From contig DATKMR010000014.1 in NCBI GenBank assembly GCA_035541795.1, positions 214,029 to 278,028 of the forward strand: a stretch of DNA of 64,000 nucleotides, in the 5' to 3' direction. Shown here in pieces: positions 55,384 to 64,000 of this stretch (positions are counted from its first letter, which is position 1; each line of letters opens with the position of its first letter). The notes beneath the pieces are model-generated. The model was not told where the DNA came from, made no database searches, and worked only from the letters and a program-made list of their open reading frames with translations. Origin of the DNA: Bacteroidales bacterium (GTDB taxonomy: Bacteria > Bacteroidota > Bacteroidia > Bacteroidales > VadinHA17). The position numbers and the translations under genes are program-made.

Positions 55384-57888
55384 TTACTCAAGTCTCTTCA
55401 AAATCTGTTCCAGAACTGTCAGATCCGAAACAAGAACATCCCGGGCTTTGCTGCCCTCGAAGGGTCCTACCACTCCGGCTGCTTCCAGCTGATCGATTAT
55501 CCTTCCGGCCCTGTTATAACCTATAGACAGCTTTCTCTGTATCAGGGAAGTGGAACCCTGCTGGTGCTGAACAACCAACCTGGCCGCTTCATCGAACATG
55601 GAGTCACGTTTCTTCAGGTCAATATCCTGCAGCCCCGTTTCGCTGTCGTCGATGTATTCAGGAAGATGCATCGCATCGGGATAACCCTGCTGTGACCCAA
55701 TGAACTCTGTCAGTTCCTCAATCTCAGGGGTATCGATGAAGGCACACTGGACCCTGACAGGTTCATTTCCTGATGAGACGAGCATATCGCCACGTCCTAC
55801 AAGCCTGTCGGCCCCTGTCGCATCGAGTATTGTTCTGGAGTCGACTGAAGAGAATACCCTGAATGCTATCCTCGTGGGGAAATTAGCCTTTATGAATCCT
55901 GTAATGATGTTTGTAGAGGGCCTCTGTGTTGAAATAATGAGATGTATTCCGATAGCCCTTGCAAGTTGGGCTAACCTCCCTATCGGCCCTTCAATCTCCC
56001 TTCCTGCAGTCATAATCAGATCAGCGAACTCATCAATGATAAGAACGATGTATGGCATAAACTTATGACCCTTTTCAGGATTGAGCCTACGGGCTATGAA
56101 TTTTTCATTGTACTCCTTTATATGCCTTGCCTGGGCCATCTTGAGGAGTTCCAGCCTGTTATCCATCTCGATGCAAAGGGAATTCAGTGTATTAATGACC
56201 TTCTGGGTATCGGTAATGATTGCATCCTCATCACCCGGCAGTTTTGCAAGGAAATGACGCTCAATCTTCATATAAAGCGGCAGCTCGACTCTCTTGGGGT
56301 CTATCAGAACGAATTTAACTTCGGCCGGGTGCTTCTTGTACAGGATAGATGTAATGATGGTGTTTATACCGACCGATTTCCCCTGTCCTGTTGCCCCTGC
56401 AACCAGGAGGTGAGGCATCTTGGTGAGATCGACAATAAAAGGATCATTGGTAATGGTTCGTCCCAGCGCAAGCGCAAGGTCGAATTTCGTCTCCTGGAAA
56501 GCCTTTGAGGTCACCAGCGATCTCATTGAAACCGTTTCAGGCTTTTTATTCGGAACTTCAATTCCAACTGTCCCCCGCCCCGGTATTGGTGCAATGATTC
56601 TTATGCCAAGCGCAGAAAGGTTCAGGGCAATGTCATTCTCCAGAGCCTTGATTTTTGCAATCTTGACACCTCTTTCCGGCACTATCTCATAAAGAGTTAC
56701 GGTGGGTCCGACAGTCGCTGAAATCTGCCTGATAGGAATCTTATGGTCGCCCAGCGTTTTTATGATGTTTTCCTTGTTCTCAATTACTTCGGCATTATCG
56801 AAGGAGCTTTCACTCCTGTGGTCGGCAAGAATAGATACCGGTGGAAACTTATACCGGGGAAGATCAAGCCTGGGGTCGTAGTTCTCCATTATCTTCCGGA
56901 CCTCCTCATCGGGAAGAATATCGTTTGCCTCGGCTTTTGTAATATTAATTGGTATTCCGGAGCCTTCCGTCACAACCTGAACACCTTCGTTTTCAAAATC
57001 GTGAATTATTCCTTTTGCCTCAGGTGTCTCTTCACCCGGAAGAATACCTTCCTCAAGTTCAGCCCTGTTCCTGGTATCGATAACCTGGAAATGAATCTCC
57101 TCATCCTGTCCGGGAAGCTCACCTTCATTTTCATTTTCTTCTTCCCCTTCCTGCTCTTCCGCAATTTCCCCGGTTTCCTCCAGTACCGATTCGCCGGGAT
57201 CCGCTGGTTTTTCCTTCTTTTTCAGGAATGAAGGTATCCGCAGCCTGAAGAAAGCCGGGCTCACACCAAGCGCGAAAATCAGGTAGGCTACGGTGATAAG
57301 CACAAGGATCACCGCGGTGCCTATCTTTCCCATGAAGGCATTCGCCCACTGTGTTACAAGGTAGCCATGGGCTCCGCCGGGTCCGCTGCCAAGATAGCCG
57401 TTCGACTTTCCAAAGACAAAGCCGAGAATGAGCGACAATATAATGGTAGCGAACGTGAATCTGAATATGCTTCTCCATACCTTTATTTTAGGAAAATTCA
57501 GCATGAAAAGGCCAATAGAGGCAACAATGACGGGAATAAAAAAAGCACCAAAGCCGAAGCCTTTGTCGACCAGGATCATCGCAAACCAGGCTCCGCTTTT
57601 GCCTGACCAGTTTTTTACCTGGACATCGGCTCCTGAAATTACCTGTGAGCTGTCGAGACTGAGATCGGTTTTCCACCAGAAAAGGTAGGCAATCAATGCA
57701 ATAACCAGGTAAATTGCAAAGCCGGTAAGAAGCACCCCGAAGATGAATTTTATTCTCTCATCGGTAAGGAAGGACTTTTTTTCAGGTTTTGCCTTCTTTG
57801 GTTTTTTTCCGGGCTCCGCTTTCCCAGGTTCATCCTTTCTGGATTCCTTCTGTTCTTCTTTCTTAGGTTCTTCCTTGCTCTTCTTCAT
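55384..57888 (-). CDS. ftsK: DNA translocase FtsK
   Basis: N-terminal TM helices, Walker A GATGQGKS, Walker B LIIDEFADL and a C-terminal gamma winged helix (LIQRKLSIGYNRAGRIIDQLE). Confidence 0.93.
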   Translation of the reverse strand: MKKSKEEPKKEEQKESRKDEPGKAEPGKKPKKAKPEKKSFLTDERIKFIFGVLLTGFAIYLVIALIAYLFWWKTDLSLDSSQVISGADVQVKNWSGKSGAWFAMILVDKGFGFGAFFIPVIVASIGLFMLNFPKIKVWRSIFRFTFATIILSLILGFVFGKSNGYLGSGPGGAHGYLVTQWANAFMGKIGTAVILVLITVAYLIFALGVSPAFFRLRIPSFLKKKEKPADPGESVLEETGEIAEEQEGEEENENEGELPGQDEEIHFQVIDTRNRAELEEGILPGEETPEAKGIIHDFENEGVQVVTEGSGIPINITKAEANDILPDEEVRKIMENYDPRLDLPRYKFPPVSILADHRSESSFDNAEVIENKENIIKTLGDHKIPIRQISATVGPTVTLYEIVPERGVKIAKIKALENDIALNLSALGIRIIAPIPGRGTVGIEVPNKKPETVSMRSLVTSKAFQETKFDLALALGRTITNDPFIVDLTKMPHLLVAGATGQGKSVGINTIITSILYKKHPAEVKFVLIDPKRVELPLYMKIERHFLAKLPGDEDAIITDTQKVINTLNSLCIEMDNRLELLKMAQARHIKEYNEKFIARRLNPEKGHKFMPYIVLIIDEFADLIMTAGREIEGPIGRLAQLARAIGIHLIISTQRPSTNIITGFIKANFPTRIAFRVFSSVDSRTILDATGADRLVGRGDMLVSSGNEPVRVQCAFIDTPEIEELTEFIGSQQGYPDAMHLPEYIDDSETGLQDIDLKKRDSMFDEAARLVVQHQQGSTSLIQRKLSIGYNRAGRIIDQLEAAGVVGPFEGSKARDVLVSDLTVLEQILKRLE

Positions 57889-57982
57889 TTTAAAAAGGTA
57901 GATGCCCGGTCATTAACCCGGGTCTTTAAAAAACGACCTAAAGGTAATAAATTTATGATGAAGAATAAGAAGCGGATAAAGA

Positions 57983-58669
57983 CTAAAGGTTTACCATATC
58001 GGTAATAATCTTGTCCATATCCTTCTTGGAAACTGGCCTGAATCTCGGCCTTCTTTCAAATGCCTTGTCGGGAATATCTTTCTTATAAACGGTTTCCGCT
58101 TCAAACTTCATCTCAGAGCTGCCAAGGATATAATAGAAGCTTAGCAATACACCATCAATCGCGCTGTAAGGATTATTGGCATTGGAATTTGATACTTTTA
58201 TCTCCTCGGTATACCAGATGCTGTATTTCTTGTTCCTGTCGGACGGAAAAGTTACTTCCGCATTCTTGCAGTTATAACCGCAAATGATAGTTGTTTTATC
58301 AGTCTTGGTTATCTCCATCCCGTCCATTGAACTGAACCCGGGGTCAATCTCACCCTCTCCGCCTGGGTAGTAGTATCTTGCCCCCAGCATGCTTACATAA
58401 GTGTCAAATATCTTGGAATCCGGATTTGATATGTTCATTATTCCCTGACCGCCGATAGGTGAAAGAATTTCAAAAAGTATCTTGTCATCCTTGAATGATA
58501 CCACGAGGTTACGTGGCTTCAGTTCTGCTGACATTGTCCCTGCACTTTTGATATAATCAATAGAAAAATGGATTTCTCCCTGATTAATATATTTACCTCC
58601 CCTTTCGCGGCATGATATTACAGTAACCAGAACAAGGGCTGCAGTAAAGGACAATCTGAATAATCTCAC
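57983..58669 (-). CDS. Lipoprotein, unknown function
   Basis: Lipobox LVTVISC. No recognised motif. Confidence 0.5.
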   Translation of the reverse strand: MRLFRLSFTAALVLVTVISCRERGGKYINQGEIHFSIDYIKSAGTMSAELKPRNLVVSFKDDKILFEILSPIGGQGIMNISNPDSKIFDTYVSMLGARYYYPGGEGEIDPGFSSMDGMEITKTDKTTIICGYNCKNAEVTFPSDRNKKYSIWYTEEIKVSNSNANNPYSAIDGVLLSFYYILGSSEMKFEAETVYKKDIPDKAFERRPRFRPVSKKDMDKIITDMVNL

Positions 58670-58841
58670 TTACCTGTGTGTTTGAGTTCCTCAAAAATAG
58701 TAATTTTTTTTTACTACCTGCAAATAACATGACTTTTACCACCAGATGCCCAGAAAAGAGCCGGTTACAGCTAATCTTAATTTTGCCTGCCGGGTATGGA
58801 TTTCCATTTATTTAATAGATTTGCTGTTTGCAAATTTTCAA

Positions 58842-59801
58842 ATGGAAAAGAAACTGGCAGTGGTCGCCCTGGGAGGTAATGCACTCCTCAGGGGTGAACA
58901 GGCAGGCACAATCGAGGAGCAGGAACAAAATACTGCAGACACCCTCGAAAACCTGATATTTCTTCTGAGAGAAGGCTATGATCTTGTTATTACCCATGGG
59001 AACGGTCCCCAGGTTGGAAATATCCTGATGCGAAACGATGCAGGTGAACAACTGTACAACATAGCACAGATGCCGATTGATATTTGCGTCGCCGATTCGC
59101 AGGGGGGAATCGGGTATATGATAGAAAGGATGTTCAGGAATATCCTGAATAAACACGATATCGATAAGAATGTAGTATGTATCATTACCCAGGTTGTTGT
59201 AAACAAAGATGACCCTGCCTTCACGGACCCGCAGAAGCGAATCGGAAAAATATACAATGCTACACAGGCAAAGGAGCTGGCTGAGAAGAAAGGCTGGATT
59301 TTCAGGGAGGAGGTAAAGGTCGACGGAGGCTTCCGGCGTGTAGTACCATCTCCTCAACCTGTCGGTATACTGAATGAGAATATTATAAAGGACCTGGCCA
59401 GGAATGGTAATATTGTGATAGCGGCAGGCGGAGGGGGTGTCCCGGTATTTATTGACGAAAATAACGATGTCAGAACCACTGAAGCTGTGGTTGATAAGGA
59501 CCTTGCTTCGTCGTTGCTCGCCACCAGGATCGGCGCTGATGAATTCTATATTCTTACGGATGTGCCATACATTTATATCAATTTCAAGAAGCCTGACCAG
59601 GAAATAAAAGAGTTTCTCAATTACAATGATGCACTGGGCTACCTTAACGAAGGCCAGTTTGCCAAAGGAAGCATGGCTCCCAAAATACAGGCTTGCCTGA
59701 ATTTCATTAAAGCTGGTGGGAGAAAGAGCGTCATCACAGAGGCTTTTAAGCTTGCCGATAAGAAATACGGATCAAAAATTACGATGGAATACGAAGATTA
59801 A
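58842..59801 (+). CDS. arcC: Carbamate kinase
   Basis: [22 protein letters not shown] and [12 protein letters not shown] 58842 is preferred over the upstream extension. Confidence 0.9.
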   Translation: MEKKLAVVALGGNALLRGEQAGTIEEQEQNTADTLENLIFLLREGYDLVITHGNGPQVGNILMRNDAGEQLYNIAQMPIDICVADSQGGIGYMIERMFRNILNKHDIDKNVVCIITQVVVNKDDPAFTDPQKRIGKIYNATQAKELAEKKGWIFREEVKVDGGFRRVVPSPQPVGILNENIIKDLARNGNIVIAAGGGGVPVFIDENNDVRTTEAVVDKDLASSLLATRIGADEFYILTDVPYIYINFKKPDQEIKEFLNYNDALGYLNEGQFAKGSMAPKIQACLNFIKAGGRKSVITEAFKLADKKYGSKITMEYED

Positions 59802-59823
59802 CAGTGAACAAACATTTAGTGAT

Positions 59824-60822
59824 ATGAAAGCAAATCTTAAGAACAGGAATTTCCTTAAACTGCTCGATTTTACACCCGACGAGATCCGGTACCTTCTCGA
59901 TCTTGCAGCCAGTCTGAAGAAAGATAAATATAACGGCAGGGAAAAAATGTACCTGAAAGGCCGTAACATAGCCCTTATATTCGAGAAATCATCAACCAGG
60001 ACAAGATGTGCTTTTGAGGTGGCTGCCTTTGATCAGGGTGCTCACGTTACCTACCTTGGTCCTTCAGGTTCTCAGATAGGCCAGAAAGAATCGATGAAGG
60101 ATACGGCCAGGGTACTGGGCAGGATGTACGACGGTATAGAGTACCGGGGTTATGGACAGGAAATTGTTGAAGAGCTTGGGAAATATGCCGGTGTCCCGGT
60201 CTGGAATGGTCTTACCAACGAGTTCCATCCCACCCAGATTCTTGCCGATTTCCTGACTATGACTGAACACACTACCAAGCCTCTCGATAAGGTCAGTTTT
60301 TGCTACATGGGCGATGCCCGGTACAACATGGGCAATTCGCTGATGGTAGGAGCTGCAAAAATGGGAATGGATTTCAGGTCGGCTGCACCGAAGGAATACC
60401 AGCCATCCCCTGAGCTTGTTGAAATTTGCAGGAAGATAGCAGGGGAAACCGGGGCAAGGATTACAATTACAGACAATGTCGATGAGGCAGTTAAAGGTGT
60501 GGATTTCCTTTATACCGACGTCTGGGTTTCCATGGGTGAACCCGATTCAGTATGGGAAGAGAGGATCAGGCTGCTTAAACCTTACCAGGTTAACGGAGAG
60601 GTGATCCGGAAAACCGGCAACCCGGATGTGAAATTCCTGCATTGCCTTCCTGCCTTTCATAACCGCGAAACAAAGGTAGGTGAGGATATCTTCAGGAAAT
60701 TCGGGCTCGATGGAATGGAAGTGACTGAGGAGGTATTTGAATCGGAGAGATCCATCGTCTTCGACGAAGCTGAAAACAGGATGCATACCATTAAGGCTGT
60801 GATGGTAGCCACGCTGGGGTAG
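59824..60822 (+). CDS. argF: Ornithine carbamoyltransferase
   Basis: STRTR, HPTQ, DVWVSMG and HCLP motifs. Adjacency to arcC suggests a catabolic role. Confidence 0.92.
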   Translation: MKANLKNRNFLKLLDFTPDEIRYLLDLAASLKKDKYNGREKMYLKGRNIALIFEKSSTRTRCAFEVAAFDQGAHVTYLGPSGSQIGQKESMKDTARVLGRMYDGIEYRGYGQEIVEELGKYAGVPVWNGLTNEFHPTQILADFLTMTEHTTKPLDKVSFCYMGDARYNMGNSLMVGAAKMGMDFRSAAPKEYQPSPELVEICRKIAGETGARITITDNVDEAVKGVDFLYTDVWVSMGEPDSVWEERIRLLKPYQVNGEVIRKTGNPDVKFLHCLPAFHNRETKVGEDIFRKFGLDGMEVTEEVFESERSIVFDEAENRMHTIKAVMVATLG

Positions 60823-60835
60823 TTAAGACAAAAGT

Positions 60836-61315
60836 CTAAACAATTAAGGCCCTGACGAAATAGAAGGTCATTATAAAGGAAGCTGCAAGCTTTAAGCCTA
60901 TCCCTGCCAGGAATCCAATAAGGCTTCCGAGCCCGGCTTTAAGAGCGTAGTTTGTATCATCTCGGAAGATCATTTCGCCGACAAACGCTCCGATAAGAGG
61001 GCCGGCAATAATACCTGCCGGACCGAAGAAAAGCCCTACAATAAGCCCTACCGTGGCTCCTCTGGTTCCATATTTAGAACCTCCGAATTTCTTTGTACCC
61101 CAGACGGGAACCAGGTAATCGAGGATGGAAACAGCTAAAGCAATTGATGCAAATGTTATCAGTGTAGCCCCTGTAAAATGACCGAACCTTGTGAAATGCA
61201 GAGCTAGGAGCCCGAGGAAGTTTAACGGCGGGCCCGGCAGTACCGGCACGAGGCAGCCAATAATCCCGAGGATCGTAAGAATGATTCCAAGTGTAAGAAG
61301 TACGTAGTCGGTCAT
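60836..61315 (-). CDS. DUF456-like membrane protein
   Basis: 159 aa with 4 TM helices and Gly-rich helices (GLFFGPAGIIAGPLIGAFVGE). Confidence 0.6.
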   Translation of the reverse strand: MTDYVLLTLGIILTILGIIGCLVPVLPGPPLNFLGLLALHFTRFGHFTGATLITFASIALAVSILDYLVPVWGTKKFGGSKYGTRGATVGLIVGLFFGPAGIIAGPLIGAFVGEMIFRDDTNYALKAGLGSLIGFLAGIGLKLAASFIMTFYFVRALIV

Positions 61316-61382
61316 GTCAAATGCAAAAGGAAATCAGATATGTTCTGAAACCGAAAATTTTTAGCCTTACCGTAAAGTTATG

Positions 61383-61778
61383 CTATTCTTTCCCCAGGTC
61401 GTCAAAATCGACGTTGGTGAATTCTTTAGTAGCTGCTACGGGAATTTCCTCCTCCTCAACCAGGGACTCTTTCTTAATGCTTTCACTTTCAGGGAGATCC
61501 CTTCCATTGCCAATGTAATTCACAGCTTCCCGTAATCCATCGGCAAACTTATCAAAATCCTCCTTGTAAAGGAAGATCTTGTGCTTTTCATAAAATACTT
61601 TACCCTCCTTGCCCATCCGTTTTTTACTTTCAGTGATGGTAAGGTAGTAATCCTCTCTTCTTGTGGCTTTTACATCGAAAAAATAGGTTCTTTTTCCAGC
61701 TCTGACAACCTTGGTGAAAATTTCATCCTTCCCGGTTTTCTCATCTTTTTCGACTATTGCTCCGGTTTCTTCTTCCAT
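61383..61778 (-). CDS. PUR-alpha-like nucleic-acid-binding protein (DUF3276)
   Basis: VVRAGKRTYFFDVKATRREDYYLTITESKK is typical of DUF3276/PUR repeats. Confidence 0.7.
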   Translation of the reverse strand: MEEETGAIVEKDEKTGKDEIFTKVVRAGKRTYFFDVKATRREDYYLTITESKKRMGKEGKVFYEKHKIFLYKEDFDKFADGLREAVNYIGNGRDLPESESIKKESLVEEEEIPVAATKEFTNVDFDDLGKE

Positions 61779-61935
61779 AACTTATCTCATTAGATCCCTT
61801 TATCACATCAAATGTAACAATATTTTTATCAAATCAAAATACTGAAAGCCAATCGTCCTGATATTTTGCAATGTTGTTTTGACGATAAAGGAAAAAGAGT
61901 ATTTTTGCACCGTTAAAAATGGAAGTTCTTTTTAA

Positions 61936-62901
61936 ATGATAAGCAGGAGATTATTACGCGTAAAGGCATTGCTTGCCCTTTATGCATTTAACAGGAGAGA
62001 TGACAATGATCTGGTTCAGGCTGAAAAGGAATTAATGTTCAGCATTTCAAGAACGTACGACTTATACCACCTGGTCCTGCTTCTGGTCATTGACCTTGCC
62101 GATATTGCCAGGGAGAAAATCGACCTCGCTCTCAGGAAGAAGATGCCTACACGCGAGGATCTTAACCCCAACAGGAGATTTGCCGATAATACGGTGATAA
62201 ACCAGCTTCGCGAGAACAGCGACCTGAACAGTTTTGTCTCATCGAAGAAACTTTCCTGGGCAAACAGCCAGGAGGTGGCAAAGGCAATCTACAACAAGAT
62301 GATTGCATGGGATACATACATCGAGTATATGAAATCGCCGAAGAGCTCATACCCGGCCGATAAGAAATTTATTGTTAGCCTGGTCACGGATTTCCTGGTT
62401 TCTTCCGATGACCTTATTACCGGGCTCGAGGAGCAGAGCATTTTCTGGAATGATGACCTCGACTATGTCGGCGCGATGATTGAAAAAACACTCCGGAAAT
62501 TCAAAAGCGAGGAAATCTCTGAATCAAGGCTCATGCCCCTTTATAAGAGCGATGACGATGAGAGATTTGTCAAGACACTCTTCAGAAAGGCGGTTCTCGG
62601 CTCAAAGGACTGTTCCGATATGATAGACAGGAATACCACAAACTGGGAAATTGAAAGGATAGCCCTGATGGATATCCTGGTAATGCAGCTCGCGATCACT
62701 GAAATTGTCGAATTCCAGGAGATCCCGGTGAAAGTTACACTGAATGAATATATTGAAATTGCAAAATACTACTGCACTTCAAAAAGCAGTACTTTTGTCA
62801 ACGGGATCCTCGACAAGGTGGTAAGGGAGATGCGCGATAACGGGAAATTCAAGAAGACAGGGCGCGGCCTCGTCGGGGACCTGGAAAAAGATGATGAATG
62901 A
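61936..62901 (+). CDS. nusB: Transcription antitermination factor NusB (long Bacteroidota form)
   Basis: The N-terminal RRLLRVKALLALYAF and the C-terminal NusB fold motif (FVNGILDKV). Confidence 0.8.
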   Translation: MISRRLLRVKALLALYAFNRRDDNDLVQAEKELMFSISRTYDLYHLVLLLVIDLADIAREKIDLALRKKMPTREDLNPNRRFADNTVINQLRENSDLNSFVSSKKLSWANSQEVAKAIYNKMIAWDTYIEYMKSPKSSYPADKKFIVSLVTDFLVSSDDLITGLEEQSIFWNDDLDYVGAMIEKTLRKFKSEEISESRLMPLYKSDDDERFVKTLFRKAVLGSKDCSDMIDRNTTNWEIERIALMDILVMQLAITEIVEFQEIPVKVTLNEYIEIAKYYCTSKSSTFVNGILDKVVREMRDNGKFKKTGRGLVGDLEKDDE

Positions 62902-63352
62902 TTTTACCTATAGGATGAAAAGGCTGTTGCCTTTGCCCGGAATGCTTACCATGTTCCTGCTTTTTGCATTATTTTCATGCACAGGTAAGGGTACCGGGAA
63001 CAGCAGCAGGAATCTCTCGCCCGGTGATACCGCGAGCATTGCATTCACCGAATATGAACATGATTTCGGAAAAGTTTTGCAGGGTGAAAAAGTTGCCTGT
63101 GTATTTGCCTACGAGAGTAAGGGCACGGCGCCGCTTGTAGTTTATTCAGCCTCGACAAGCTGCGGCTGTACCGTAACGAAGTACAGCACAAAGCCACTGG
63201 CACCGGGTAAAAAGGGTACAATGGAGGTGGAATTCGATACATCCGGAAGAAACGGGAGGCAGTCAAAGACTATCACAATCAGGTCGAATGCGACCCATCC
63301 GGTCATATTACTTAAAATTACTTGCGAGGTGACTGAAAACAATAATAACTAA
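62891..63352 (+). CDS. DUF1573 domain protein
   Basis: Lipoprotein-like signal, and the FDFG-like HDFGKV...GCGCT pattern of DUF1573. Confidence 0.7.
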   Translation: MMNDFTYRMKRLLPLPGMLTMFLLFALFSCTGKGTGNSSRNLSPGDTASIAFTEYEHDFGKVLQGEKVACVFAYESKGTAPLVVYSASTSCGCTVTKYSTKPLAPGKKGTMEVEFDTSGRNGRQSKTITIRSNATHPVILLKITCEVTENNNN

Positions 63353-63365
63353 ATACAGACAAAAA

Positions 63366-63695
63366 ATGGGTAATTTAAACTATGTTCTTTTAATGGCACC
63401 ACAAACCGGTTCCACCGGTTCAGCGAATCCGCTTATTTCTCTTCTGCCGATCATACTTGTATTTGTGGTTTTCTATTTCTTTATGATCAGGCCGCAAATG
63501 AAGAAACAGAAAGAGCTTAACACCTACAGGAATGCACTCTCCAAGGGTGACAAAATTGTTACCACGGGTGGAATTTACGGAAGGGTTGCAGAAGTAAAGG
63601 ATAATATTGTCATTATGGATGTTGGCGGCGATGTCAAACTCAAGGTCGACAAAAGTGCCGTTCTGAAAGACTCATCCGATATCGATCAGAAATAA
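63366..63695 (+). CDS. yajC: Preprotein translocase subunit YajC
   Basis: A single TM followed by FFMIRPQMKKQKE...GDKIVTTGGIYG. Confidence 0.88.
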   Translation: MGNLNYVLLMAPQTGSTGSANPLISLLPIILVFVVFYFFMIRPQMKKQKELNTYRNALSKGDKIVTTGGIYGRVAEVKDNIVIMDVGGDVKLKVDKSAVLKDSSDIDQK

Positions 63696-63705
63696 ATGCG
63701 CTGAA

Positions 63706-64000
63706 GTGGAAGGGAAAGAAAGTGCCGGCAAAAGCTTCCTCGGGAAAAGTTTTCGTTTCCTGAGAAAGGATGTGGCCATCTTTGCCTTCTTTCTCTTACT
63801 CTCATTTTTTTTCTGGTACCTTAATTCTCTCAGAAAAGAATTTGAGATTGATCTCAGATACCCGGTAAAGTACCTGGGTTCGCCGGGAAGAGTTTCGGAA
63901 GATAACCTGCCTGATAAGCTGATATTCAGCATTAAAGGACCTGGCTACACAATCATCAAGCTTAAGCTTTCGGGAAACAGGTCACCGCTGACCATCGATT
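63706..64000 (+). CDS. YbbR-like domain protein, N-terminal part (continues beyond the window end)
   Basis: My translation from GTG 63706 gives MEGKESAGKSFLGKSFRFLRKDVAIFAFFLLLSFFFWYLNSLRKEFEIDLRYPVKY...IKGPGYTIIKLKLSG. That is a TM anchor plus a YbbR-repeat-like sequence, open to the window edge. The start codon is uncertain. Confidence 0.5.
   Translation, partial: MEGKESAGKSFLGKSFRFLRKDVAIFAFFLLLSFFFWYLNSLRKEFEIDLRYPVKYLGSPGRVSEDNLPDKLIFSIKGPGYTIIKLKLSGNRSPLTID

Noticed and set aside
55700-57688. Series of plus-strand ORFs (up to 162 aa) opposite ftsK
   Set aside because: These are shadow ORFs of the 834-aa FtsK gene, with no motifs and biased composition.
1-64000. Scan for CRISPR arrays, rRNA genes, transposases/IS elements and long tandem repeats
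   Set aside because: None seen. All non-coding gaps are under 1.3 kb and lack regularly spaced repeats, and no transposase or integrase-like translation appears in the ORF track.

Overview
This 64 kb window looks like Bacteroidota chromosome, judged from the bamD-rpoZ-coaBC-DUF4835-recN synteny, TAnnTTTG-type -7 promoter boxes, a DUF4248-like ORF and many lipoprotein or Tat signals. All domain calls come from reading motifs in the supplied translations; no database search was run. Most of the window is ordinary housekeeping: uvrB, trxB, recN, fabI, ftsK, nusB, yajC, hutI/ftcD, arcC/argF, and sugar isomerase plus MFS genes. Two regions stand out. (1) About 10.6-25.2 kb is a redox and chalcogen island bracketed by two Crp/Fnr regulators. 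It holds an atypical thioredoxin system, three YeeE/YedE-type transporter units and DUF2892. It also holds a DUF134-NifX-ArsR operon, a divergent His-rich NifX plus membrane-NTPase fusion operon, a Tat-exported PsrABC-like molybdopterin reductase, a Cys-less rhodanese with a C-terminal GGC tail, and mobA. Two promoters in this island share a 25-nt operator plus -7 box module that is identical at 24 of 25 positions. A perfect TGTGA-N6-TCACA site sits upstream of the reductase. (2) About 25.2-36.1 kb is an AT-richer accessory island ending at tRNA-Pro(GGG), with no integrase. It carries an EEP hydrolase, a 3-TM protein plus patatin phospholipase cassette, and a tightly coupled pair of unknowns. 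It also carries DUF2971, an LCAT-like lipase, an FRG protein and a leaderless astacin-like protease. A hairpin-dense GC-rich non-coding stretch precedes these genes. This island is my best candidate for an undescribed defence or membrane-attack system, but that is inference only. A +1 frameshift at an A6 run splits coaBC.
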